From: Gekko japonicus
Taxonomy: Eukaryota
Reading direction: 5' to 3'
Assembly (NCBI RefSeq): GCF_001447785.1
Contig: NW_015170281.1
Span: 1,006,835-1,070,834, forward strand
Length of the DNA: 64,000 nucleotides
A model generated the notes under the pieces. The model saw only the letters and a list, made by a program, of their open reading frames with translations, searched no databases and had not been told where the DNA came from. Position numbers and translations under genes: made by a program. Shown one piece after another: positions 12,447 to 24,730 of this stretch. The first letter of the stretch is position 1. The number at the start of each line of letters is the position of its first letter.

Positions 12447-12646
12447 ATTATTTTGCCACCTCTCCAAGAAACCTGCCTTAGGCAGATATGGACACAGTTT
12501 TTAGTAGGATTGATCTCATTCTGTTTGTTAAAAAGCAACCCAGCCAGTGGAATGATATTTAATTCTGATTATTTGTCTGAGATTAAGGGACAGGCATGAC
12601 TGGATCAGGCTGTTGATCAGTCAGTTTCCACATGCATATCACTTGA

Positions 12647-12875
12647 AAGTCAGCCTGGTGTAGTGGTTTGACAGCTGGTCCCTGGATAGGGAAATCAGAT
12701 TTGCACCTGCACTGTGCCCTGGAGGCTTGCTGGGTAGCCTTGGGCCAGTCACCCTCAGTTAGCCTAACCTACTTTAAAGGATTGTTATTGTTGTGGGGAT
12801 AAAATGGAAGAGATGAGAAGAGGTGTGGCAAGCCACCTTGGATCTTCCTGGGGTAGAAAAGTGGTGTATAAATGT
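12647..12875 (+). mobile_element. Squam3/MIR-type SINE, old copy
   Basis: GGTGTAGTGGTT head, GCCTTGGGCCAGTCAC...AGCCTAACCTAC core, GGATAAAATGGAAG. Confidence 0.75.
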
Positions 12876-13911
12876 TTAAAAAATTGTCCATTAAAAAAAA
12901 TAAAACACCAAAGTGTGACATTGTGTGTGTGTGGGGTGTGTGTGTGTGTTATCTGTCTATTTTTAAAAAAGAGCTACAGTGAAATGTGGATATTAAATAG
13001 CTAGTAGGCTGTTTGCTTGGCTCAATTTTGGTAAACAGCAAATGAGAATTGTGTTTCTGTGTTGCCTGCATTTTATAGCTTGCTTTCTGGGATTTTGCCT
13101 GTGCATTTAGATGATTTTGCAATGATTACAAAGGAAGACCTTGAGCAGGTTATACTGATTATATTATGTTAGAGAAGCAATTTAATGTAACAAGAGCCCT
13201 TCAAAGGTTAGTCTAGGTCTCGTTTTATTGATCAGTCTATGAGTGAGTTTGATTTATTATGAGGAAAGCATCTCCTTTTAAAGCAGGCCCTCAAGACCTA
13301 GTTCCACTGCTATTCGAAAGAGGGCGTATGAGGTCATGCCACTTTGCCACTTTAAAGTGCACGGCTATGCAGTGCATTTGTGTTGGTTTAGCTCTTTGCA
13401 TTCTTTATTTCCGTAGTAATAATCCATCGTCTGCATAAATATAGAGATCATTTTCATAGCTGACAAATGCTTTTAGTATCCTGTTCGCTTGTTTTTGTAG
13501 AAAATTCTAACAGCGTAATCTAATAGTCCACAGTGTACCAGACAAAGGAGCTGTCAAAGCTTGGAGGGAAAAAGAGTTTCATTAAAGCTCTGCATCTTAC
13601 CCTCTCAGGTCCAGCTTCAGTTTAGGAAGCACAGTGCAGGTAAAATGATTAATTTTGTTTGGCCAATAGATTGTTATAGAAGTATATGTGCTTTTGATGT
13701 CTGATTGACATGTGACATCCACAGGCCAGAAAAACTTACCTCTTCCTGAATGCACATTTAAACTGTGCTGCTGCTCTGCCTCCAAAGCTGTTGGGCATGC
13801 ATATTAACACACAGCATAATGTCGAAGTGCGCTGTGGATGTCTGGTGTGCCAAAGTTGCATGACAAGCAGAGGGAAGCACAGTTTAAGCAAGACAGTGGG
13901 TCCATGAAAGA

Positions 13912-14118
13912 TAGGATTGCTAGCTCTGGGTTGGGAAATTCCTGGTGATTTAGCAGGCAGAGCGTGGAGAGGGAAGGATTTGGGAGGGATTTGCACTTCA
14001 GTGGGGTGCAGTGTCACAGAAGCCCCCTTTCAATTGGGCCATTTTCTCCAGAGAACTGATCTCAATCACTTGTAATCCCAGGAGAGTGCCAGCTACCACC
14101 TGGAGGGTGGCAACCCCA
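13912..14118. mobile_element. hAT (TAGGGTTGCCA-type) MITE, decayed
   Basis: Ends TAGGATTGCTA... and ...TGGCAACCCCA. Internal CCATTTTCTCCAG...CTGATCTC motif also present at 55165-55240. Confidence 0.65.
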
Positions 14119-14857
14119 ATGAAAGGTCACAGGGGTCAGATCTCTTCATTTACTAGTACCATGTTTAAATCAGGCCTGACTTAAATCAGAATTATCAGAC
14201 AGGCAGAAGACTACACAATGATTAATCTGCTTGATGAAAATGTCTGCTAAATGATAACTGTTCTTTGCCCTCACTAACTGTGTTTGGTCCATCTAAATTT
14301 ACCTACTGAGTATCTCCTGTCCTTTGAAAACAACATGGTAACCAGCATCTCTAATGTTTTGTATCCTATCCTTCCACCAAGGCATTGGTTATTTAGTGGG
14401 GTAGCAGAGTGCTCAAGGGTTTTCAGCACAGCGGAGCCATCTGGTTAGTGTGTGTGCCAGCAAGAAAAGAATGTTACTTGGAGACTTTTTATCTTTTCAA
14501 AACAGATAAAAGTCCTTTATTATAGGAACTCCATTTTTAAGGGTAGAGGTTCGTAATCTAGACTAAGTAACTAGGATGGATGGAGATGCAGGAAAGCATG
14601 TCCTGCTCTCATGCCGCCAAGATGGAGAAGGGCAGAGTGTCGTGGGGAGAGAATGTGTCAGGCAGGAAGGAAGGAAGTTTCCCTAAGACTAGCAATCTAC
14701 ACATAAAAGGGACAGCATCAGAAAGAAAGGAAAAGATAGTCAGTGTCCTGAGCTTACCTATCTCTCTGACACTATTGTAGCCCTCTCTGAAGACTGAGGC
14801 TAAGAGACAGGATACAGTCCTTCACTTCCAACATGAGGAACTCAGGAAGTATATATG

Positions 14858-15345
14858 ATCCTTCCTTTCTCCATTTTATCCTTACAACAGCCGTGTGATG
14901 GTTAAAAAGCTATGACTGGCCCAAGATCAGCCAGAGAGCATCATAGTTAAGTATGAATATGGATCTCCCAAATATAGGATTGACAGGTCCTACCTGGCAG
15001 CTGGCGGAGGGGTGGTGGCGTCCAGGCTCCTTCTTGATATCTTCTGCCATGGGCACAAAGTGTGCGTGGTGTGATGACATCACCCAGAAGTGATGTCATC
15101 ACATTGCCAATGTTAGATGTGACACTCTAGTTTTTGGGCAAAACTCTATGGTTTGTACGCAAATTTAACCATAGAGTTTTGCCCCAAAACTGGAGTGTCA
15201 CTGTTCATCACGTTGCTTCGGGGCAGTTGGGTGCAGAATTTCTCCCCAACAGCTAGCTGGCGAGTGGCAAGGAAGTGGGTTTTCTCCACCCCCAGCTGGG
15301 GTCTGGCAACCCTACCCAACTCCTAGCCTGGCCCACTAACTTTTT
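14858..15345 (-). mobile_element. Squam3/MIR-type SINE interrupted by a hAT MITE
   Basis: TTCTCCATTTTATCCTTACAACAGCCGTGTG...GACTGGCCCAAG on the left. The SINE resumes TCCTAGCCTG...CACTAAC after the MITE. Confidence 0.6.
14975..15314. mobile_element. hAT (TAGGGTTGCCA-type) MITE with internal palindromes
   Basis: TIRs TAGGATTGACAG / CTGGCAACCCTA. Degenerate 8-bp TSD CCCAAATA / CCCAACTC. Internal inverted repeats GTGATGACATCAC..GTGATGTCATCAC and CAAAACTCTATGG..CCATAGAGTTTTG. Confidence 0.8.
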
Positions 15346-15557
15346 CTTCAAATGAAACTTGTGACTCAGTTGTAAAGTTATATGTTATCGGATCTATAGT
15401 TTATTCTTTCTCTCACAGCTGCAGCTTTAAAAAAAAGTTATGCGAAGGATGTTTTTTTGTCAGAAACAAATCAAATATTGGTTTCTTGCCCATACCTCTT
15501 CTTGTTTTATCATCCTATTGGTGCCAGATAGGACTGTCAACTCCTGAATCCTAGGAG

Positions 15558-17085
15558 GCTCCAGAAGGGAGGCGAACTAGGCGCTCACCTAGAGTGTGCC
15601 GGCCCTTAGGGATGCCAAACTGGCACCCAGCCCCCCCGCTCCAAAAGCCCTGCAACTTCCTTGACTGGGTGGGTGACCGCCGCCACATCTTTCAGCGTGC
15701 TCAGAGAAGTGCAGTCATCCTCCTCTCGGAGGAGCAGGAGCCGAGGAGCTCTTGGAGGAGGGGAAACCAGGGACTGGGGGTGGGATTCTGTGCACAGCCC
15801 GGTGGCAGACGATTCCTAGGGAAGAGCTAGCCTGGTGGAGAAGTTAGTGTTGAACTAGATCGTGGCTTCAAGAGCTCCCCCTGAGCGGCCCTGGGCCAGT
15901 CATTCTCAGCCTCAGCCACCTGACAGGCCTGTTGTGAAGGCAAGTGTGCTGTGTGCCCAGAAGGAAGGTAAGTTCTGCTTCGGCTGTTGTTCTTGGAGCC
16001 AAGGAGGAGCTCCTGCATCTACAGCAACTAAGGAGCTGTCTCCTCTGGAAGTCAAGGTACTGCAGTTCCCAGTTTGGTGATTTCTCTGGAGAGTTTCCTC
16101 CTCCCTCCCCGGCATCAGCTGTTGATTAATCCGAATTGAGAGCGGGGCTCCCATTTGGTGGGCTGCTGAAAGAGGAGAGGGGTTAATGAACAGCTCCCCC
16201 CCTCACCAGCCCACTTGTAAGCCAGGACCCCCTTTGTTATTCTTTTGTGTCACGCAGCGCTGAGCCCGCAGCTCAGTGGAAAAATGCTCCTCTGACCAGG
16301 CAGCTTGATCCAAGTTAATGTTTGCTAAATAAATGTTTTCCCAGATCTTCTTGTTTAAAGCCACCCCCCCAGCTCCAGGTTGCCACATGAGGAGGGGAAA
16401 CGAGGTTTGAACTTGCCAGATGTCCTGGTCCTTCCTCATGGCCTGTTCTTCCGATTCACTGAGGACCCCCACATACACTCCTCTTCTGAACGCTGGGGGG
16501 GGGGGCCCTTCCCGGACAGCTTCAGTCCAGTTGAGGCGAAGGACTTTCATTCAAATTCACTGAGACTCACGTCTCAAATCTATGCATTGGTTTCCAGCAG
16601 CCAGATTCTATGCATATTTAGTCCTCAATTGGACCTGTCGAGTTCAACAGGGTTTACTCCGTGGCGAGTGTGATCCGACCGCACGCAGCAGTGTTGGCGG
16701 TAACACTGAACCGGAGAGTAGTTACTTCAAAATATGTTTTTTTTTCATTCCTAAACTGTGTAGATAAGTGCTGGGTTGCATTCCCCCCCCCTCACCCCAT
16801 ACTGCGGGATCCGCTGCCAGAGCAGAGGTGCACACTCAGATCCATCCAAGCTCTGCAGACAGAGACAGTTGGCAGCTGCTGGAAATAGGTCACTCCTGTG
16901 TTTAAGAGAGGTGGGCATGGCTTTTTCATAGCAGGCCATGCAAGAAAAAAACTCCTCCTACCTCAGGTTGCCAACTCCTAGGTGGTGGTTGGAGATCATT
17001 TATTTTTGAAAACTGGGGGATGCACCGGGGCAGGCGCCAGAAGGGATCCTCGCCTAGGGTGCAAAATAAGCTGGGGCTGGCCCTT
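15558..17085 (-). mobile_element. probable hAT-type element of the 9669 family with an unrelated interior
   Basis: The reverse complement of 17020-17085 matches the left end of the 9669 element. 15560-15630 resembles its right subterminal region. Flanks CCTAGGAG / CCTAGAGG resemble an 8-bp TSD. Confidence 0.5.
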
Positions 17086-18714
17086 CCTAGAGGGTTTAGC
17101 CATAAATCCCAAACATGATTAGGAATGGAGTTAGGAAGCAGAGCCAAGTGATTTTTGATTGGCCCAGCAACAGAAAACAGAACAAATGTACACCAGTAAA
17201 GATTGAGCTAAAGTATACATGTTTTTTAAAGGATGGGATGGGAGAAAAATGACCTCCCACATTCTTTTGGCAACTGGGCTGAAAGTTTTTTTTTAATGGT
17301 CCAAGATATTGTTTGAACACTTCTGTGCCTGTTGTCTGTCCATTGGAAGCCAATCTTTATTTCTATTCAGAAAAAAACAAAGGGCACATCAGGAAAACAG
17401 GGACTTTGTTGATTTTTTTTCTCAGTTGGGAATTCAGAGATCATGGAAATGTTCTTCAGCTATGCCCAGATATGAATGTCCAGGTGTGTACTTTGGGTAT
17501 TTTTAGGTACACAAAAATAAACGGAAACCATTTGACCCTCCTGCCACTACTAAGGAATTTATAAAAGTTTGTCTTTGTTTCCTTGACAGACAGGTATGTT
17601 TCTGATGTTTAGAATAATTGATGAGAAGAAGCTGTACTAATTTGTTTCTCTGTCTGCTATAATGAAGTCTGACTGTTCCATTAAGCTTTCCTCTAGGAAA
17701 ATCACAACTGTGTCTCAAGAGTACACGCATTTCCATATATAATTAATTTAAGTATAACATAAAGAGAACAGAGCCCAGATAAAACAGACAATTATCCTCT
17801 GCTTAAGAACATTAAGCCACAAACCAAGGGCATACTCTGTGTCTGGTTTCTTTCTCATTTTAGGAGTTATATTTGTGTTTTGCTTGGACCCAGTTTGAAT
17901 GCCTAAGGGAGTCCAAGAAAAAAAATTGCACAGAGAAGAGAAAATGCAATAAAAATTCCATATTTCTCTTGTGTGAAACTAAAGTAAATATTTATACACA
18001 TTCACAAAAGAAAATAAGATATTTCCCTTTTTGCAATAAATGGTATCTTAAAAAAACACCTTACAATTTATCTGCTAAAAATGTCTTTAAAATCACTGAT
18101 CTTTCTCCACTCCTCCTTCAAGCCTGATGAACATCTAAACGTTTTTGCAATTTTACTATTGATACGCTAGTTGATTTGAAAGGGATGATGGTGCTTAACT
18201 ACTTCTCTATCAATTTCTTCAATATTTCTTTATTTTTTAAACTGGCTGCTTCCCAGAAATGGCATTGAAGGTGACCAATACAAAACAATAAAGCAACAAA
18301 TAATCAAACAGTAAAACAGCAATTTGAACACAATAAACAATGTGAAAGCCCTAAGTAGCCATGCTACAAACTAAAAACAGCCTATAAACACCACAGTTGC
18401 AAAGACAATAAACCAAATATAGTCACCTCAAGTACCCAAGATGACAATGATGATGTTTGGCAAATATTTCTCAAGAGTGAGTTTCATAAATAAGGCACAA
18501 CACAGAAAATACCATCTCTATAGTAAATGCCCACCTAACATCCAGAGGTGCGCTCTCTGAATAGAAGGCATTTTGTGATTGTCTTATCTGATGAACAGGT
18601 TCATACAGGACATGACTGTCCTTACCACAGTTTAATCTAGTAATTACTAAAGCACATAAGAGCATCCTTTTCCAGGAGGGGCTGCAGTCTATGTATTTAT
18701 TTTACAAAAATTAT

Positions 18715-19400
18715 GCCCTGCCTTTCTGTTCTTCTAAGTGGCACCAAGGTGGAGAGTAGGCAATTTTTCAGCTATGTTGGTCCCAAACCATATAAGGTTT
18801 TAAATGGTACCACCAGCACCTTGAATTGTGCCTTGAAACAGATGGGAGACAATGTAGACAGGCCAACTCTGGAGTGGTATGGTCCCTATGACCCACTCCT
18901 GTCAATGGGCTGGCTGCAGGAATCTGCACCAATTGAGGGACAGTGTGGTTAAGAGTTTTGGACTAGTAGCTGGGAGACACAGGTTCAAATACCCACTCAT
19001 ACCATGGAAGTTCACTGGATGACCTTGGGTCAATCACACTCTCTCAGCCTAACATGTCTCACAGGGTCGTTGTGAGGATAAAATGGAGGAGAGGAGAATG
19101 AGGTAAGCTTCCTTGGGCCCCCATTGGGAGAAAGGCAGGGTATAAACAAATAAAATAAATAAGAGTTTCTGAACACTTTTCAAGGGCAACCACACATAGA
19201 CCACATTGCAATAATCTGATCTAGATGTAACATGTACTACAATGGCCAGATCGTTTCTGCTCAGGAAAGGCTGCAAGTGATTAACCAGTAAAAGCTGGTA
19301 AAGGGCATTTCTCTCCACAGCTTCACCAGCAGTAGGACTGCATCCAAGAGCACCCCAGACTATGGACCTGTTCCTTCAAGGAAGTAGAACCCCATACAGT
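18715..19400 (-). mobile_element. L2 LINE ORF2 fragment, interrupted by a SINE
   Basis: HLQPFLSRNDLAIVVHVTSRSDYCNVVYVWLPLKSVQKL, matching the L2 'VTSRLDYCN...GLP' motif. Confidence 0.8.
18937..19161 (+). mobile_element. Squam3/MIR-type SINE nested in L2
   Basis: tRNA head ...CTGGGAGACACAGGTTCAAATACCCAC, core GACCTTGGGTCAATCACAC...CTCACAGGGTCGTTGTGAGGATAAAATGG, (TAAA)n tail. Confidence 0.85.
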
Positions 19401-20340
19401 TGGCAGACCAAGTAAATTTGGTACAACATGCTTTAAACTATGGATTTTTTTCATCCGTAAGCAGTGTAGCAATGTAGCAACTGATAGTGCTCCCTCTTAT
19501 ATCCACCAAGAGTATCTTCCTCTGGGTGGAGTTTCAGTCCCCCCCCCCATCCCACTATTGACTCAGGCACTGATTCAGAATCTCCCTTGCCTCATCGGAC
19601 CTAGAAGAAAAAAGATGAACCATACTTCTCTAAATCTCCAGATTACCTGACCTGACCCAAGGAATTCATATAGATATTAACTGGTTTGGTAGATGATAGT
19701 GCCTTGCAAAATTGTAATTTTGTTGTTGTTTTAGGAGTCTTTTAGGACAATATTCTTCTGATCTAATGACTTTTTAAAAATATTCTGATTTAGGCTGTTT
19801 ATTTTACATCTGTTTTGACATCTAACTTCTCACTGACATTAACTTTTTGATGGCAAATGCTGTATAATTTGTTTCTTTGTCTGGTTTTGTTCTTATACAA
19901 GTGCTCTTATAGGAACATTTGGGTACTATCAGTTGGTACCGCATATGAGGCATTACTTCCTGCTTTTTTTTAAAAAAAAGGTTTTGTGGATAAGGGTGTA
20001 GCTTTTAAAAATCCTTTTTAGAGGAGAGAGTACTGGAATTTTATCGCATTTTTGAAATGTTTGCTTTATTTATCTCTCTCTATATAAAACAAAGTCCCTT
20101 CACCATAAAATCAATGCCCAGGCCAAACCGCTGGACCTAAAGACACCAAATTCGGGGAGAGCGTTCCTACCATGGCATAGGTGCTTGCTAAGAAGGGATT
20201 TTTAAAAAAGAGATTCAACCTCTAAGTGGGTCAAAAGGGGGGAAATGTGCTCCCCCCATTGATTCCTATGTGGCTCCCAGGCAGCTGCCTCCCTGCACCC
20301 CCCCACTCTCTGATTGGTCAGATGCAGAGTTCAGTGTTCT

Positions 20341-20485
20341 GTTTCTTGAGGATCACGAAACTGCGGAGGAAATCAGGCGAAGCCGTGAGTCAAATGCAGC
20401 CCCACGGCTTCGGGTGTGAAATTGACCAATAATATCGGGGCAAACGGCAGTGCAACATCAAGGCAGCTCTAGTGCGAAATCAGCC
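20341..20485. mobile_element. right half of the 7036-family fold-back MITE
   Basis: Near-identical to 7170-7313, ending GCAGCTCTAGTGCGAAATCAGCC. Directly abuts the CR1. Confidence 0.9.
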
Positions 20486-21243
20486 AGTGTGTGACTGCAA
20501 TAAAAAAGGCCAATGCTATGCTGGGCATTATTAGGAAGGGTATTGAAAACAGATCAACCAATATCATAATGCCCCTATATAAATCAATGGTGTGACCTTA
20601 TTTGGAATACTGTGTACAGTTCTGGTCACCACACCTTAAAAAGGATATTATAGCTTTGGAGAAAGTGCAGAAAAGGGCAACTAGAATGATAAAAAGACTG
20701 GAACACTTTCCCTATGAAGAAAGGTTAAAGCGCTTGGGGCTCTTTAGCTTGGAGAAATGATGGCTGAGGGGTGACATGATTGAGGTTTATAAGATTATGC
20801 ATGGGATAGAGCAGGTAGAGAAAGAGGTGCTTTTATCCTTTATCACAATACAAGAACTTGTGGGCACTCCATAAAATTGCTGAGCGATCGGGTTAGAACA
20901 GATAAAAGGAAGTACTTCTTCACCCAAAGAGTGATTAACACATGGAATTCAGTGCCACAGAAGGTGGTGGCAGCTACAAGCATGGACGGCTTCAAGAGGG
21001 AATTAGATAAGCATATGGAGCAGAGGTCCATCAGTTAGCCACAAGGTATAGATAGGGACTCTGGGGCAAGTGATGCTCTGTAATTTTGGTTCTTGGGGGG
21101 GTCAATAGTGTGAGGGCTCCTAGTGTCCTGGCCCCACTGCTGGACCTCCTGATATCACCTGGTATTTTTGGCCACTGTGTGACAGTGTTGGACTGGATGG
21201 GCCATTGGCCTGATCTAACATTGGCTTTTCTTATGTTCTTATA
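20486..21243 (+). mobile_element. CR1 LINE 3' portion (ORF2 C-terminus plus 3' UTR)
   Basis: [52 protein letters not shown]. 3' hairpin and TTCTTATGTTCTT tail. Confidence 0.95.
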
Positions 21244-21879
21244 ATAAGGGGAGTGCGTTCCTACCATGATGTCAACCCCCCCCCCGAAGAGATTTCTGAG
21301 AAACATGATGACCCCTGCTTCTTAAATGACGATTGCTTCTTAAATGGATGGTTCTATGTGGACTGCTCCAGAGTGAGCTCATCAAGCAGCCTGGTCATCC
21401 TAGCACCTGAGGGCAGAACCACCAAAGTGGTCTAGAGAGACGTCCTTCGGTACAGAAAAAAAAGAACGTATGTCTCACTTAATTTTTTACACTACAATCT
21501 TCTCTGTTAGAATTCCTACAACAAATGTCACATTTCAAATTTCACATAGTCAGTATTATAACTGGATTTACGGAACTTAAATACCATAGCAAAGCATGGG
21601 TAGCAGGCTAGTATATGCAGTACAGAACTCAATGTCATTACCCCTTTCTCTGTTCCAAAAAAAAAAAAAAAACCCACACACCTCTGATAAACCCCTACCA
21701 GCTGCCTCTGCTGGGAGTGGTCACCTTCTCAAAGAACTTACTTAAAAGGGGTTATCTCCTAACAATACACATCAGTTAAGGAAGCACCACCAACAATTCT
21801 GAGTTAAACTAGCATCACACATGAACTTTTTTTTTTTGACATTTGGAGATTCTTATTACAATAGACACATTTACTTGTC

Positions 21880-22047
21880 TTTGGTCACCACACCTTAAAA
21901 AGGATATTATAGCTTTGGGAAAAGCGCAGAAAAGGGCAACTAGAATGATAAAAGGGTTAAAACACTTTCCCTATGAAGAAAGGATAAAGTGCTTGGGGCT
22001 CTTTAGCTTGGAGAAACGATGGCTGAGGAGTGACATGATTGAGGTTT
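21880..22047 (+). mobile_element. CR1 LINE ORF2 fragment
   Basis: [55 protein letters not shown]. Confidence 0.9.
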
Positions 22048-22299
22048 TGATTGAGGTGTGATTATTGCATCACACAGGAATGGTCTGCCAGTACATGTAA
22101 TAATAGATTAGAAAATACCTACTTTTGGTCTCCACTCCCTAAACAGTGAGCACCAACACTAAGGTCAATTTTAATATCAAAGTTTGTCTATTTGCCAAAC
22201 AATGTCAGGTTAAAAGAACTTGCAGGTTAAAAGAACTAATATGAAATCCCAATGTCTGATTTGAACCAGCAAAGTTTTGAAATTAAAGTATATTCCGTG

Positions 22300-23100
22300 C
22301 TTAGAGCAACATTTCTCCACCAACACCTTCTGGGACCAAACTTCTGGGTAGTAACTGAACCACTGAAGCATAGTACTCCAAACTCCCAAACTCCAGAAGT
22401 ATGCCATGGTTAATGCTACCAAAAGCCACTGAGTGTTCCAGATTAATCAATACAGTTGCAATCCACTTGTCTAGGTCTCCATGCAAGTGACTTCATCCAG
22501 GGCAACCAATGCAGCTCTATTACAATCAAGGTCGGAACTCATATAGAAATAGGTTTCGAACAAGGTACCACAGTTGGAAGTGGAGCCATGTCCCACAGTA
22601 ACCCCTAAAAGATTCTCTGACATGGATACACTCCCTCCAAATGATCTGACATCATGCACCCAAAAAAACCCTCTGACACTGATGCCAGAGGCCTGGATAA
22701 AATAATCTCATTTAATATCAACATAGGACTCCTTGAAATATAAGGAATTTCCCATGGATGTTCCCATGTGAGAGTAGTCCACCTGCTGGAATACTCAAAA
22801 GAGCACATTAATATAAGTCTTTTTCATCTTTAGCCTCCAGAAACTCCCTCACACTCAGGAGTAATCAGGTCAGATTTGCAGGATAATAACCTAAGGCTAG
22901 AGAACCCTCATCACTCTACACCATGTCCTGACAATTGAATCCCAAGTCCAGGGAAATGTAATCAGTCTACTGTTCAGCCTTTGCTGGACCAGTCCACACT
23001 GGTCCACCACCTCAATCACTCCACATAAATCTTCCTTCTCTGCATGTAGGGGTGCTCTGTTCTTGCACATCATACTTCCTAAGCTATAAATAAGGCATCC
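22300..23100 (-). mobile_element. L2 LINE ORF2 (RT) fragment, heavily decayed
   Basis: AALVAL... and LINLEHSVAFGSINHGILL, a decayed form of LLDLSAAFDTVDHGILL. Confidence 0.6.
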
Positions 23101-23841
23101 TATAGCCCTGAGGCTTTTTTAGTTGGTTCTGTGACCTATCCTCATTCCCCACCTTCACTCCCACCCTCATATTATCCCTGAATTGGTGCCACAAAATATT
23201 TGACCTTCTTTAGTGTTTCAGGGAATTACCCATCCCCAAAAGCTAGTGCTGGGTTAATGCTCAGCAGTGGATATTTTTAGTCTTCAAGGAGGCTTGGGAG
23301 TTGTCCAGGAACAGGAGGCACATGATCTCTCTGTTACAGTTCAGAGTCTTTCCCCAGTCCTTTAGATGACCTTGCTACTGTGCTGTCACGCATTGTTGTC
23401 TTGTTTGGGGCATGATGTGCCCTGGGAAAATAATTCATCCTCAAATGCTTAGGCTGTAGGTAACGGACCTAGCAAGTATGTTCTCCTCCCCACAATTACA
23501 ACAGCCGCTATATCTTTCTCTATCTCCCACTCAGTATGCCCTAGTCTCAGTGTCCTATTTCTTATTACACAGATCATGTATATTCTGTGGAGAAAATTCA
23601 ACAGCATTGCAAATTTCTTGAGTTCATATCCAATAGTAGTCAGTAGTTCTTGTTTGAGGCATGACGTTATGGGTTATTATGGGTGTCAAGAGTGCCTTTA
23701 CTTTGCTGCCTTTAAGAAGGTGTGCAAGACAGTTTATTTCAGAGGGCATTTGGTGGAGGGTAATTTTTTTGGCAGCTCTTGTGTTTTTAACATGCATTTT
23801 AACCTGTGGGTTTTTTAAAAATATTGTCAATGAACTGTTAC

Positions 23842-24153
23842 TGTAATGTATCCATCCCGACCACGTGCGAGGCTAGGTCTCCACGCAGTCATGTGAAGCA
23901 CCTGAGCTTTGCTTCCAGAGACAATGGCCCAAGTGGGTCCTAGCCTGCACCACTCAGAGGGCTTGGCTTCTGCCCGTGAGCTTATGGAACTCTCTGCCAT
24001 GGTTATAGCCTATCACGAGTGTGGGGTGTGTTTGGGTGTGCGGTTTATTGCACATATAAGCCGGCCTGCGAGCCGGGAACTTTGTCTTGTTCTTTCCTAA
24101 ATAAAAGTATGAGAGCTGAAATCACTAGTAAGTCTCAGTATTTTTCAGTTACA
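23842..24153 (+). mobile_element. solo LTR-like element inserted in an L2 3' region
   Basis: TGTAA...TTACA termini, TATA-like CATATAAG at about 24053, AATAAA at about 24100, CpG-retaining interior. No clean TSD. Confidence 0.55.
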
Positions 24154-24440
24154 TTGTTTTTGTGGCCTTGAAATTTGTTGTAATCTTGGGTCTAAGAAGG
24201 TAAGGAGGGATATAAATATTTAAAATGAAGTATATATAAGTAAATAAATGTCAGATGAATTAAGTACTAGTGAAAAGACTTACAGTAATTTTTGCTTCTT
24301 CCTCGTATTGCAGATCTTAAGAACATGAACCTTCAAGTGTTTTAAAATGGATAGGTATGCAAGGATGATCCATACCTTTTCTCCTATCCTAGATAGGAGT
24401 TGATGTTCTTGTGTGGCAACTCAGCCAAGCACAAGCCTAT

Positions 24441-24730
24441 AAGAGCCAGTGTAGTATAGAGGTTAGAGTGTCTGGTAAGGATCCAGGACACCTGGTTTTA
24501 TTTATTTGTTACTTTGATTTTTACCCTCCCCTCCCCGCCGAGGCAGGCTCAGGGTTCAAATCCCCCCTCTGCCATGGAAACTTGCTGGGTGACCTTGGGC
24601 CAGTCACCTTTGCTAACCTAACCTACCACATAGGGTGAGGATAAAATAGAAGAGGAGAATGATACAAGTCACTTTGGGTCTCTTTGGGGAGAAGGCAAGG
24701 TATAAATGAAGTAAATATAAATAAATAAAT
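24441..24730 (+). mobile_element. Squam3/MIR-type SINE with a small internal insertion
   Basis: AGAGCCAGTGTAG head, GGTGACCTTGGGCCAGTCAC core, (TAAA)n tail. About 60 bp of reversed L2-type tail lies at 24495-24555. Confidence 0.75.

Noticed and set aside
16420-16445. MSWSFL peptide resembling a connexin N-terminus
   Set aside because: Similarity ends after six residues and the frame closes quickly.
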